A stretch of 63,539 nt of DNA, the filler included, from Phoronis australis (lineage: Eukaryota > Animalia > Phoronida): NCBI GenBank assembly GCA_002633005.1. It is 11 parts of 11 records of this genome, joined end to end, with 100 filler letters (N's around TTAATTAATTAA, not from the genome) between each part and the next. Parts side by side here need not be neighbours in the genome. Positions count along the whole stretch, not along the records: positions 8,523 to 17,093 come from NMRA01000511.1; positions 17,194 to 24,563 come from NMRA01002026.1; 9 more parts are not named here. The stretch is one strand, 5' to 3'. A program made the translations under genes and the position numbers. Under the pieces are notes generated by a model. That model saw only the letters and a program-made list of their open reading frames with translations, was not told the origin of the DNA and searched no databases. The number at the start of each line of letters is the position of its first letter. Position 1 is the stretch's first letter. This document shows, piece after piece, positions 12,276-24,663 of this stretch.

Positions 12276-15200
12276 GGGGCTACTCGGAGAATTCTCCTCG
12301 CGGTGTCGCTGCTGTACTAGTGGTGATTGAATTGCGCATGCGTGGCTGTCTGCATGTAAACAACTGGTAAAAGATGGAAATTTTATCAAAATACGTCGTC
12401 GCGCTAAGCCTTATTACTGCTAATTTCCCTGGCGCAAGTCTTCGACAGGTGGCCACAAATTCCAAAAAACCTAAGGTTACTATATTCGTGGACAATTGCG
12501 GACAACTAACTGACAAAAAGTGTGTGGATGCTGAAGCCCCGTGTGTGCTCTATGTCTATGACTATGCAGTTCCATTCTGAGACTAAACAACATTACTTGG
12601 TAAGTTTTTAGCAATCAGTTTCTATCAACATCGTTCGGTGATGTTATCCGCACCAGTTACCCCTCTGAATAACAGTTTTATTGAGTCGAACTAAGTGTTT
12701 CTTTTTGGAAACTCACCCAATGCCGGGTAGGCTAGCAGCACATATTCATCATGACATGGGTGGGAGTGCTCCCAAAATAAGAGGTGTATGGTACGTGATG
12801 CACAGAAGTCAAGAGTGACTTTTTCAAAGCAGTTTCTCTTCAAAACAATGCTGTTTCCAATAAAATTCTCTAGATGAGTGAGTTTCCTTATTTTATCGCA
12901 GATCGAATTAACATGGAAAAGCCTTAATTCAGTAAATGTCGTAACATTGCTTTGGAAAAAAATTGACACCTAAAATGAATTTTACTTGTTGAGATCAGAA
13001 GCACATTTTAAGTGTCATGAAAGATACACATTGTTAAATCACTTTTAGCCTGTTTCACGTATTTTAATTCACATATTAAATAAGACTTGGGTACAAAAGT
13101 TATTAGTTTCTACACATAAACATGAAGATGAAATGTCAAGTATGTTCTGCCTTACAAAAGTAGTCTTTTCTTTTACAATTTGCTAATATATCTATTCTGT
13201 TACAGGCAAGAAAAAACAACTGAAACCAACCGCCTGACCATCTATTTCACCGTTGGACAAAGTTAAAAGCAATCCTTCAGCAATAACCTGAGAGAATTGA
13301 ACGTAATTCAGAAATTCAGCACCTGATATGCCTGATTATGGACTCCTTCGCAATCTTGTTTCTTTCTGTGCTTTTTCAGTTTGTCATTTGTTTTTAAATA
13401 CACTGATAATTGTTTATTCTCCAATCTTGTGCATAACAGATTCTTATTCAGCTAGCTACAATTGAAAACATACAATAAGACAATCGATTCAGTCACTGAA
13501 TGTCATTTACCCAATAATCTGTACCAAATTGAAAAATTTTTACCAATAGTATAAAGCCTTTCTTCTGAAAGGAAAATTTAATGTCACTCAGCTTTTGGCT
13601 TTCATTTCACTGGGTTCTAGTTTCAATGGCCTACAGAAGCGCTTGTAAAAAGGTCCTGCAGTTTCAACACGTAGCTTTCTTTCATGTAACCTCATTCAGC
13701 CTCAATAACATCCAAAATTAAACCCTTGAAGGTAAACACAGCAGCATATCAATTGAATCGTTTTGAGCCCAAAATCAGACTCTGAACTAGACCAGAGTGT
13801 GACTAGGTCTTCTTTAGCTTCAGTCCCTCATGTTTCTTCCAGGAAAGGAAATAAGCTATTGGCTACACATGACTCATTGCCTATGAAAGGGCATCCTCAC
13901 CAACAAGGCTTATTTGTGTAGCAGTCAGATATAGTTCGTCTGGATACACAGACACTCCACTGGCACATTGTCTTATGGTAACTTAGTACAGCGATTCACA
14001 TTTCTCCAGGGACACTGACTTGCACATTGTGCCATGCAGCACTGCTGGTGTGTGGAAGTGCTGTGGGAAGAAAACGAAGTAACAAAGCTTGTCTATGATA
14101 CAGCTTGAAGTGGCCTTAAAATGTCACTGAACCTGGAACAAATATTGAAATATGAATAATTAAGTACTCCAGATTGGTTCAAAAATGTTATCCCTGTTTT
14201 TCAAAAATATATGGTGATTGGTGTACAGTTTCACATAAAAGAAAATAATTACTATTTTCAGAAACCAAGGGTGTATATAATGAGTATTGCATGAAACTGT
14301 GTCTTTATTTTTTATTCCTGGCCATAGCAATTCTTTAAACGCATCACTTGTCTGTAAAATATACAATTTTTTTGAGACAACTTCAAACCTTTGTTACCCA
14401 TTTTCAAGCCTTTTTAATTTTGATACTTTCAGCAATTTTAAACTCATATCACTAATGTTGAGGACCAGGCCATTGACTTGTTGCTGCCGTTAGTTTTGTA
14501 TTTGATCTCACCTTAAACAAGTGTTGCATAATATTAAAAGGGTTTTGTAAAGTAGATTATTGTACATACATGTAGTTCATCAATACTTAGACTTATTGTA
14601 CACTCTGTACATGCCATGCTGATGTTTAGTGTATACTTTGTTTCAGTGATTATTAAGTAATTCTGATGTTGATATAAGTTGATGCAATGTGTATTTTCAC
14701 TTTGTATTAAAATAATAAGAAATAAATATCTCTCTGCCTGTTGCATGTAACAAATGTGTCGATGGCTTTGCTTCAACATATCTAGGACACAAATTCGGCA
14801 GCAGTCAAGCTATATTCTTTACACCTTCCCTTGCTGGTAATGTTTGTTTTGAAAAAATTAAAACTGAGAGGGGGGAGAGATCTCTTATTTATGCTGCTGC
14901 TGCTGTAATAAAAAATTCCGTTAGCCCAGAAATTAAATGCCCCAATTCAAGAAATACTGTTAAACTTAATAGTAAAAAGTGGCTGTAATTTACTTAGCCA
15001 TTCTTACACTTTACCTTTCTTAATTATGTCATTATTCATCATTGTTCATGCACTCACTATTTTATCATCTCTTTATTTCATCTCTCCTGGTCAAAATTTC
15101 ACCCTTAACCTGTTATTAATTGCTGCTTTGTTACCTGTATCTAATTATTGTTTTATGTATTATATTCTAATGTATTGTATCCTGTTGTTGGAGGCCCCTT

Positions 15201-16457
15201 AAAAGCATATTTTGGCTATAAACAAATGTGATTAAAGATATGCATCGGTTTCTTCTATTGTTACAATTGTAATGGTATGTTTTTAACTCCTGTTAAAAGT
15301 ATTTTGTTGTTGGTGTTGTTGCCGTTGTTCACATATGCGCTGATTTTAAAGTTCGTACTCATATTTTGTCCCAAACAAATGCGATTAAAGGTATGCATAT
15401 TTTTTTCTATCATCACAATGGTACTGGTATGTTTTTACCTTCAACAATAAGTATTTTGTTGATCATATTTTGTTAACTTGGAAGCTCATAACTTAAACAT
15501 GTGTATATTATGTAAGTTGAGGTATTTATATATTTTGATGCGCAGCATTTACAGATGTGTATTTTTTAACAGATCTCACTTTGTCCCTAGGTTCTCAATA
15601 TCATTTTTTATAAACTAGAGTATTGTACAGTCATGTTTATTTTCTGGGCAAAGTTGTTTCCTTTTTCCTATTATATCTATTGTATGCATGTTTTAAAAAT
15701 AAAAACTTGTGTGATTAGACATATTGCTTATCTTTCATATTACTTCATTTATTGTAAAATAATTGCAATGTAAGTGCAACCAAACTATTGGGATGTATCG
15801 TTTCTACAAAATTCGTTCTCAGTCAATGTAACTACCATATAAGAGGTTTCTGGTTCCTCCATATGAAAATCCAGGTCAAAAAGAAGGTCACAAGTAGTCC
15901 TATTCAGTTGGAGAATTTTATGATGCTTTCTTAACTGAGGCAGGCCAGCCAGCTGGCTCTCTATTGTGTTGGCAGGGAATGGGGTAATTGAAACTTACGC
16001 TTCAGTTAACAAATCTAATTGGGTTTTGGCTTGAATTTTCAGCAGGAATAGATTCGTCATGAGCATAAACATTCAGCATTGATTGATGTAACTGTCTCTG
16101 ATAAACTTTTAGAAATCATTCCGAACAATAATAATGCTTTGGTGTACGAAAAGATCCCGATTGCTTCGTCAAGTATCGTATCACATATCACAACATACAA
16201 AGATTAACCAGACTCTGGCTGGCGACTGACTGCCGTGAAGTCGACATCGCCGAGTGCCTCAGTTAACAGGCATCGGTAGAATAATCATGGAATATTCGTT
16301 AAAATAATCACAAACATTACCTTTGTATGAGGTCGTGCTTACTTCCTCTCATAGAAGCACCCTTTTTACGCAATCTCAGGTTCAGTTGGCACGGCTGCAA
16401 GCCATTTCACCATGTATTTAAAGGGCTCGCGAAATCGAGGCTGTTAATCTATCACCA
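12276..16457. mobile_element. Degenerate DNA transposon (ISL2EU-like), copy 1
   Basis: Left end caAT-GGGGCTACTCGG...TGTACTAGTGGTGAT matches the termini at 34017 and 58101; 13820-14430 aligns with 32110-32725 and 16065-16457 with 33590-33968. Confidence 0.55.
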
Positions 16458-17093
16458 AAGACGCTAACGAGACTATTCAGCAAGGCCGCCGTCATTATTG
16501 CCATGGACCGTGGCGACACCTAGCGGGTGTGTGTGGGCCAACGAAGTACGCAAGGCATTCACTATGGCCGATCTTAGTTTGCCAAATTCAAAATTGTCAG
16601 TGAAGTGTCTTTGTTTAAAATATTGAAAACAAAAAACACGAGCACTGTAATGGAAAAATACACATAGGCAAAATATAGAGTAAACCAAGAAAAAATTTGG
16701 GCAGCAAAGGTAATATAAATTACGAGAAGTAAATCATAAGCAAGAGGAAGACTCAGTAATAAGATCTGAGCTGATGAAAGTAGGTCATTGGAGAATGTGC
16801 AGGAACAGAACCTGTAGGATTTTGTCCAGGGGCGTCAGGAATGTAATAAACATCAAATGAATCTGCTGAAGAAGAGATAGGAGTGGGGGCAGCCCCTCAA
16901 CCAATTGAAAGGTTGGGGGCAGAGATAGTTTTCTTCCCCCAATATTCCAGGTGTTAATATCAATTAATTAACAATTAATTATGTAAGCTTTTAACACACA
17001 AACTTTGTTTTAAAATAAAATGGAGAAATTAGTAGATCTTTCTTTCGAAAATTCACATCTTAAAGACGTTCTAGATTCAAGCAGTTGTGTCTG

Positions 17094-17193
17094 NNNNNNN
17101 NNNNNNNNNNNNNNNNNNNNNNNNNNNNNNNNNNNNNTTAATTAATTAANNNNNNNNNNNNNNNNNNNNNNNNNNNNNNNNNNNNNNNNNNNN
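17094..17193. other. Artificial contig linker
   Basis: N44-TTAATTAATTAA-N44. Confidence 0.98.
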
Positions 17194-17446
17194 ATTCCAT
17201 GTGGTATCACTTCCACTCTCATAAAAATCTAAAGGTGGTTCCAGGACATAATCTCTGAACTCTACTCAGATTTGTAATTTGACCGATCATGCTGCCCAAA
17301 TCGTGTACAAATGTGTATGCTTACAAAAAGTGTGACATGCAGTTGGTTATTTTTTATTTGAGTTTTGAGTACAGAGATTCCACTCAAGGTCTGGGAGACA
17401 CCTCATCATCCATGCCAGTGTCAGCCTTTGTAGTCCTGACCCCTCA

Positions 17447-17667
17447 TCATGACTTCCTTCCCTTGACCAACAAGTTGTTCGACCACCACTGTGGTCTCGG
17501 TTTTGGCATCTCCACAATATACTTTCCGCCAAACAACGGCTTATCTTTGCCCTCTCCCTCGTACAAGTATACGACCTCTGACCTTGGAGCATCGTAGTAA
17601 TAGTCGTCATGGTTTGTGTTCTCTCGCATCAACTTAGTCTCCTCCCTCACTTTTTCGTAACAGTTCC
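17447..17667 (-). CDS. MRPL32: Mitochondrial ribosomal protein bL32m, exon 3 (last)
   Basis: cag acceptor, (G)NCYEKVREETKLMR...APRSEVVYLYEGE...IVEMPKPRPQWWS...TGA; completes the second CxxC; phase 1 matches exon 2. Confidence 0.93.
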
Positions 17668-17679
17668 CTGTGTGATATC

Positions 17680-17854
17680 AATATTGTAAGAGCAGTGACT
17701 ACCAACATTACCATAATATTGTAAGAGCAGTGACTACCAACATTACCACAATATTGTAACAGCAGTGACTACCAACATTACCTCAATATTGTAAGAGCAG
17801 TGACTACCAACATTACCATAATATTGTAACAGCAGTGACTACCAACATTACCAT
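17680..17854. repeat. 35-bp minisatellite, 5 copies, in MRPL32 intron 2
   Basis: AATATTGTAA(G/C)AGCAGTGACTACCAACATTACCAT starting at 17680, 17715, 17750, 17785, 17820; head-to-tail, no spacers. Confidence 0.95.
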
Positions 17855-18591
17855 AATACTTCGCAAAAATAACTGCCAGAATAGTTTTCATACTGAAGGC
17901 TGATTACCTTGTTGTAAATAGAAAATGTACTGAATGTTGTTTCATGACAACACAGAAGAGATCAACCTAATAATGGACTAACTTGAACATTTATTATTTT
18001 TATTTTGTCAAGAAATGTCGCAAAATAAAATTCCACTAGTCTGTCATATTGTGCGCGAGATATGTGAAGAATATTGCCAGAGTGTTTTTTTCACCAGCAT
18101 GCTAACTCATTACACAACTGATAACGGTAAACAGCAGCTGCCAGCAATGAACAGATTGATCCCACCTATTCAGATAAAACAAATAATTGAATTCAACAAG
18201 ATGTAATTAGTTTATGTATGATCTATCATATTAAGAGACAACTCCAACTACGCCTTTGACTGTTAATACAGAACAGCATTCAAAATGTCCATTTTAGAAT
18301 TTTCTGTGGGGTGAGTTGAATTTGGGATAAACTTTCAAAAAATATTCAGTGACCTGTCAGATGAAAAATACATAGTTACACTGACAAATTTCAAGTGTCG
18401 CCAAATTCTGTAATACTTTTATTGTGTTCCTTCGTCACACCTGAGGGTAATCAAATTTAGCAATTAATTCTGATTTCAACATACGGTCGTTTCCTGCAGA
18501 TCTACTTCGCTAAATTAGTTCTTGACTGCTGAAAACAACACTCAACATGCTTACAGGCCTGAGTTTAAAACAAAACAAACTGGTTCCATAC

Positions 18592-18843
18592 CACAAATTG
18601 TGTGCGCTTCATGCCAATGGCCGCACTCTAGACAAGCTATGATGTTTTTCTTTGGCAGCGCGTCTTCAAAATGCCCTTTAATTCCAAACATGCGCGTCTT
18701 TCGCTTCTCTCGAGTTCTCCGACTTTTCGGTACAGCGTAGAAGAATCCATCGCCCAAAATAGACTCGAGAACACTCTTTCCTGTAGGTTCCACTGGCTCA
18801 TGCATTGCACGGTGATCAACCACCGCCAGAGCTGGTGTATATC
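18592..18843 (-). CDS. MRPL32: Mitochondrial ribosomal protein bL32m, exon 2
   Basis: ttttcag acceptor and gtatgg donor; YAVPKSRRTREKRKTR...KNIIACLECGHWHEAHTIC is the L32 signature; 252 nt, phase 1 to 1. Confidence 0.95.
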
Positions 18844-19551
18844 CTGAAAATAGAATTAACAATTGAGTAATGGGGAAGTTACATGTCGGAGTTGTGAAGT
18901 TTTTAAAACCACCAGCTTTCGATCTCATATCGAGACCTTCGTCAGGTGGAATGGCAGATAACTGGAGCCTTGTCTGTGCCTGTGATGTGCCATAAGATGT
19001 GACTTTAGGATTCCAACAGGAAGCCTTCCATTACTCATATTCTAACAAAGTCAGTGACATGAACAGCCATTCTATAATTGATAATTGTTAAACAGTTTAG
19101 CCAGAAAAATCACCATGCAGTGGTATACAGCGACATCACGTTTGCTGTAAAATGGTTATTGAATTTAGTGCCTGGTTAAGGATTGATAAACTGATACAGG
19201 AATGTTTCTTATATCTCATCCTTAGCCATTTCAATTTGTAAATTTGTGATCCCGAACTGGCTTCAAATATCCAGAGCAGCAAAGTTTGATCTGAAATTGG
19301 GTTTACTAGAATTAAAATACTAAACCAGACAATCACTAGTGGATGAAACTGATTCTCTAAATCAGGGTCCATTATATCCTACTAGTGGAGTAGTGTGCAA
19401 GCCACAGATATTTTAATCTGTCGGCAAACTTGTGCACTCATTGTCATCAATTTCGGTTCTGATACATCCATAAACCACTAGCAGTAATTTGGCAACTAAT
19501 GATAGCTTCAGTTTGGCGCAGGCATCAGTTTGGCACAGGCATCAGTTTGGG

Positions 19552-20495
19552 TAGGCAATGACCATCGCCTCTGTTGGCCCGACCAGAGGCGATGCAGCTC
19601 CTATAGGCGCTCCATATGCTGGAATCTTTTCGGCAAATTGTGCCTCGCACTGGCTAAAACATGAAAGTCACGTTATAAATACCTTTTGCGCATAGAGGGA
19701 CACCTTAGGAGGTTGTCGGTGTGTTTAATTCCTTCCAACTCGAACAAATACTTCCGTTGTCAAACTTTTTGTTCGAGCAGTCACTCGTTCAGTTCCCAAA
19801 ATCGTGAACTCACCATTTTTATACTGCACACGCTCCAATTTTTACCGCTCTCGCAAGGTGATGCGACTTCATGATCTGAATCTTTAAACAGGCCAAAGGT
19901 GAGCCACTGCGGTCTTGTCAGTCAAATGTTCGTTTCCAAAATGCCACCATTACTTGTCTTTAATTGGCGTTACTTGAAACTGATTGTATTTCAATGAATT
20001 ATTGTTTGTATTTGATAAAAATAAATGCTGTTGATGTGACACTTAATAGTCTTTGTGCACATATTTGACATTTTAACGTTAAACAACTCCGCAAATGCAC
20101 GGCTGGTTCCCGGCAGCACATACGCAGAGGGCGGGGACTTCAGCTTTCAAAGTTTGCCAGTAGGACCGCAACTTCTGACCTTCGGCCTGGTTAAAAGAAT
20201 GAGGTCATATCTCAGTCTTGGCGTGCGCCGAGTAAATGGTGAGTTCACGATTTTGGGAACTGAAATAGGGACTGCTTGAAGAAAAAGTTTGATATGGGAG
20301 TATTTGTTCGAGTTGGAAGGAATTAAACACATCGACAACCTCCTAAGGTGTTCCTCTATGCGCAAAAGGTATTTATAACATTGTTACTTTGATGTTTTAG
20401 TCGGTGCGAGGCATAATAAAGCTTCCGGCGTATGGAGCACCTGTAGGAGCTGCATCGCCTCTGGTCGGGCCAACAGAGGCGATGGTCATTGCCTA
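19552..20495. mobile_element. Foldback/MULE-like non-autonomous element in MRPL32 intron 1
   Basis: About 350-370-bp inverted arms (19552-19925 vs 20150-20495) with termini TAGGCAATGACC / GGTCATTGCCTA; CAGTTTGGG on both flanks (19543-19551, 20496-20504). Confidence 0.85.
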
Positions 20496-20663
20496 CAGTT
20501 TGGGCTGCAACATCACCAAGCCACCAAGGCAACTGGGAATTCAGCACTTCAGCAGGATTAGACAAATCGAGAGAAGAAATATTTCAAGGAAGAATCTTCA
20601 AATTTGCAATGATGAAACGTCACGCTGAGGTACAGAGTCTGGTTTAGGAATATGTATTATTAC

Positions 20664-20748
20664 CATGAGGAGGTACTCGTATCATTTGAAGGATCCTCGC
20701 CTCTAGAAGAGAAAGAAACCTGTAACATTTCGTGATTGCCGCAGCCAT
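20664..20748 (-). CDS. MRPL32: Mitochondrial ribosomal protein bL32m, exon 1 (presequence)
   Basis: MAAAITKCYRFLSLLEARILQMIRVPPH followed by a phase-1 gtaata donor; the join 20748-20664, 18843-18592, 17667-17447 gives an open 185-aa protein. Confidence 0.8.
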
Positions 20749-21063
20749 CGTGTTCTTCAACGTAGTTCAATTTTAGTCGGCAGGTAGCGCTTGCAAGTGT
20801 AGTAGTACAACGATACTGATTGGTCAAATTCGCACCCAAGTTTACATTTACTATTTGTGTTTTTCTTTAACAGCTCTGTTAATTAAGGCTTTTATTTTCT
20901 TGCCTTTATGAAAACTATTATGATTGCTCCAACAAGCTGCACAACTCTTCAAATAAGCTAAGACAAAGCCAGTTTTTGGAAGAAAGTCGGGTGACCCTGA
21001 TCTTCTTTCAACCAATGAAACCTCCCTTAACAATCTTCTAATCAGCCTCGTCTTAGAACCAAC
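20749..21063. promoter_or_regulatory. Putative bidirectional promoter between MRPL32 and PSMA2
   Basis: 315 bp separate the divergent ATGs at 20748 (-) and 21064 (+) on one contig. Confidence 0.7.
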
Positions 21064-21101
21064 ATGTCGGAGCGGTACAGTTTCTCTTTGACAACTTTTA
21101 G
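21064..21101 (+). CDS. PSMA2: Proteasome subunit alpha type-2, exon 1
   Basis: aacATG, MSERYSFSLTTFS, gtaagt donor at 21102. Confidence 0.93.
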
Positions 21102-22275
21102 GTAAGTTTTACAACTATTTACACTCTTTCCAGTGTGTAATAAATTGTTTTGTTTTGTCAAAAATATCCTCCTTTTGCGTTTAAAATCAACGAAATTCTC
21201 AGAAATGTCATTGCAGTCATGGTTTTTCCACTGAAATACAACAAATTTTGTTTTCTTCAGGCTCAATCTCAATGACATTTCTTGCTTTGTCATCCTCATT
21301 AACTAAGTAATGAAGCAAGAATGTGGATTTGTAGCCACTGAAGTGACATTAAGTCCACAATAGAAATTGGCGTCCGTTGTTCTTGTTGTATTACTGCACA
21401 GGTTCACTAGTTATGCCTCACAGAGAGCACTTACAATGAACGGCCAATCTGTAGGTAGGGGTATAGTCCGGTTACCTATTGTCGTCAGGCTCCAAAGGTC
21501 GTCCGCCATCTTGTTTCGCATGCAGCGCAACCACGCAGGACTTAGCGTTCCAATTTGGAGTGCTCGTGTGCACGTTAGGTACTAACTTATCAGAAGAGAC
21601 ACGTATCAAAGTAATGAGACAAAAATCGGTGAGTTTAGCGATTGTTTTTTAAAACCACTTAAAAATCAGTAGATTTTACTAATACGCTTTTTTGTGCGTT
21701 TTCAGAAGATGTTTTCGAATTTAAATTTTCTTCCGACGGGACACAAAACATGATCCAGGGTTTGTTTATGCAATGTATCTGTTTGTCCCAGGCACTAGTA
21801 GGATCTAGAAGGCCAAAGGAAAAATCCGCAGACAAATGCGATACGCTGGGTTCTTAACATTTTTGCCTCACGTTCACCATTAAACTGCATTGAAATGTNG
21901 CCAGATTTTACAAGTTATAACCAAGTCAGAAAAACCCCGACACATGCAAATTTACCTGTAATTCGCTTCGAAATTTGTAGCGATGATTTTTCCCAAACAC
22001 AATACCTTTGATTTGCAATCTTAATCTTTCGATTTACTTATTAAATCACTAGAGCCGAACAGGAGCTCAGTCGTCACATTGTACACGTGAGTTACACCTA
22101 TTTCTCCATTCTGTTCTTGAATACCTCGGGCGCAAAATGGTCACCAGCCGATTTGTAGCCGCAGTTGGTGAATTTGATATGTTGTATGCTCAATGTTTAG
22201 TAATGAGCAACCAAAAAATGTGGTATGTGCTGCCAACTTTGCTATTACCATTTTATTTGCCTCTGTTTGTTTCAG

Positions 22276-22352
22276 TCCTTCTGGAAAACTAGTTCAGATT
22301 GAATATGCCCTGGCAGCAGTAGCAGTTGGAGCGCCATCTGTTGGCATCAAAG
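22276..22352 (+). CDS. PSMA2: Proteasome subunit alpha type-2, exon 2
   Basis: tttcag acceptor, [25 protein letters not shown], gt donor at 22353. Confidence 0.95.
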
Positions 22353-23902
22353 GTTTGCATTGTAGTTGTTGATGTTTGCAAAATGGCTGTTAAAGATTTT
22401 CAGTTAAGGTGACTGACAACCTTGGTTACCAAGGATCAGTTTTCTTCAGCTCTACTTCCTTATTTACTTCCTTATTATTGTTAACTCCAGACATTATGTA
22501 TATTTTTAAAATCCCTGGTGTTCACAAGATTTTACCAGATGTGCTCAGAAATAATTCCCTGACACGTTACTAGGCTCTAAGACCTCAGTGATAAAAATAC
22601 TTCAACATTACTTAGTGTAAAGATGGTCATAATTTTTGACTGTTAAATCCTCAACGCTCAACAGCCAGATCACGTAGTATTTTTCAAAAACATGAAGAAT
22701 ATAAATTGGTAAATAAAACATCAAGAACGGATCAACTGAAATTTGAAATTTTCGGATGTAATAACTTCCTTTGTCAACAAAAACAAACACGAGTATGGGC
22801 CAACTAACCTTAAGTTTCTCCAATCGGCGTTCAATTTGGAGGACCTAAGGGTCACATTAATATTTTCTGTTTTTCTTAATTTGATTTTTTGCGGGGGGCA
22901 GCATCTTTAAATGTGTATGCTTTCCTACGGTATGACCTCAGTGCAGTACGCCGTCATCAGTGATTAATTTAGACGGCTAAGTATGTTGCAGTTTAGTCAT
23001 TCACACAAAATCACAGCTGGGATCTGTATGCTTACAATATGTTGTTTTTTGTTCACATTATTCTGGATCAGTTGCTCTGTATGTTGATCATAACAAAAGA
23101 AGACATGATTGCGAGCCAGTTCTAATGTACTAATGTTATTAGTATACAAACATCTGTGCATTATAATCGTGCACTTGATGGTAAGCTATTTTGCTTCTAC
23201 CATCTATGGTTAATAAGTAATTTATTCAAGAAATTTTAATTCCTGGTAAGGAAGATAGTCAGTTATTAAGTTTTTTGTGTCTGTGTTCATATTCAATGAT
23301 GATAGATTGTTTTTCATTGTAAAATTATGCTAAAATTGTAATGGAAAGTTTCTTTTGGGGAAGAATTTCAATTCTCATTTGAAGTTTGATAGTATATTAG
23401 GTCTATATTACTTTTTAAATTTTTTTGTCGAGACATGTTGCCTCTCATGTCTTTTTGATAAATAGGTCAAACTCTTACCTTTTGGATCTCTTTAATGAGA
23501 AGGGGTTTCTGGATTTGCAAGGAACTGACAGTTGGTTATTGCTTGTCATAAGGCTCCACCACAGTGTGTCATTTTTTGGTCTCCACGAATAACGAGCTGT
23601 CAGTTTGTTCAAAGCCCTAAAATCTCTTACTGTGATTGTCACTTATGGGCAATGTGAAACCAAGTGGTCTTAATTACCCGGTAATAATAGAAATTAAGTT
23701 TTTGAGATGGAAGGAGGATTTGTAGCAACTTTTTAACTGACCAAAAAGTAGTTTGAAATTAGTGGTTTGATATTTTTTCACTCGGTTTAAAGTCTTTGAA
23801 AATGAGAAAGGACAATTGTGGCAATTATCGTTTTCTGAATTTGGTGAAACTTTCTAATAGTAAGATATGAACTGCTGCTGACACGTTTTCATCTGTCTCC
23901 AG

Positions 23903-24035
23903 CTACAAATGGCGTAGTGCTGGCCACAGAGAAGAAGCAGAAGTCAGTGCTATACGATGAACATAGTGTCCACAAGGTGGAGATGATCACCAAGAATATA
24001 GGCATGGTCTACAGTGGTATGGGGCCTGATTACAG
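23903..24035 (+). CDS. PSMA2: Proteasome subunit alpha type-2, exon 3
   Basis: ccag acceptor, [45 protein letters not shown], gtagg donor. Confidence 0.95.
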
Positions 24036-24173
24036 GTAGGTGGACATATTCAGATCAGCCGTGGCATGGGGCCTGATTACAAGAAGGTGGACACATTCGG
24101 ATCACCTAAATCCAGCCATGATCTGTGGTACAGCGGAGGCGTGATGCCTGATTTAGGGTAAATGGGAACATTA

Positions 24174-24278
24174 AGTAGTGACACCTGGTGACTGAGTAGA
24201 GTTTATGGAGTAGTGACACCTGGTGACTGAGTAGAGTTTATGGAGTAGTGACTGTTGGTGACTGATGAGAATTATGGA
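24174..24278. repeat. 35-bp tandem repeat, about 3 copies, in PSMA2 intron 3
   Basis: AGTAGTGACACCTGGTGACTGAGTAGAGTTTATGG at 24174 and 24209, degenerate at 24244. Confidence 0.85.
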
Positions 24279-24435
24279 TAAAAGATCTGAAGAAGTTTTT
24301 GAAGGATTTCATTCCACTTGAGTGTTAGTGGAAGACAGAACTAATGCTCTGTCAATACCTCACTTGGGATTCACTGTTGTTCACATGAGAGTGCGGCGAA
24401 GCTGTGATTTACACTGGTGATGTTTTCGGTTGCAG

Positions 24436-24558
24436 AGTGCTTGTGCGCCGTGCTCGTAAATTGGCTCAGCAGTACTTCCTGACCTACCAGGAGCAGATCC
24501 CCACAGCACAGCTTGTCCATAGACTGGCGGCCGTCGTACAAGAGTTTACACAATCCGG
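24436..24558 (+). CDS. PSMA2: Proteasome subunit alpha type-2, exon 4 (gene truncated by contig end)
   Basis: tgcag acceptor, [41 protein letters not shown], gtgag donor; all four exons are phase compatible. Confidence 0.95.
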
Positions 24559-24563
24559 GTGAG

Positions 24564-24663
24564 NNNNNNNNNNNNNNNNNNNNNNNNNNNNNNNNNNNNN
24601 NNNNNNNTTAATTAATTAANNNNNNNNNNNNNNNNNNNNNNNNNNNNNNNNNNNNNNNNNNNN
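24564..24663. other. Artificial contig linker
   Basis: N44-TTAATTAATTAA-N44. Confidence 0.98.

Noticed and set aside
17680-17854. 35-bp repeats as a CRISPR array
   Set aside because: Units are head-to-tail with no unique spacers, lie in an intron, and no cas genes are present.
19686-20365. Two similar ORFs MRIEGHLRRLS / MRIEEHLRRLS as paralogous genes
   Set aside because: They are the two arms of one inverted-repeat element and start at non-ATG codons.
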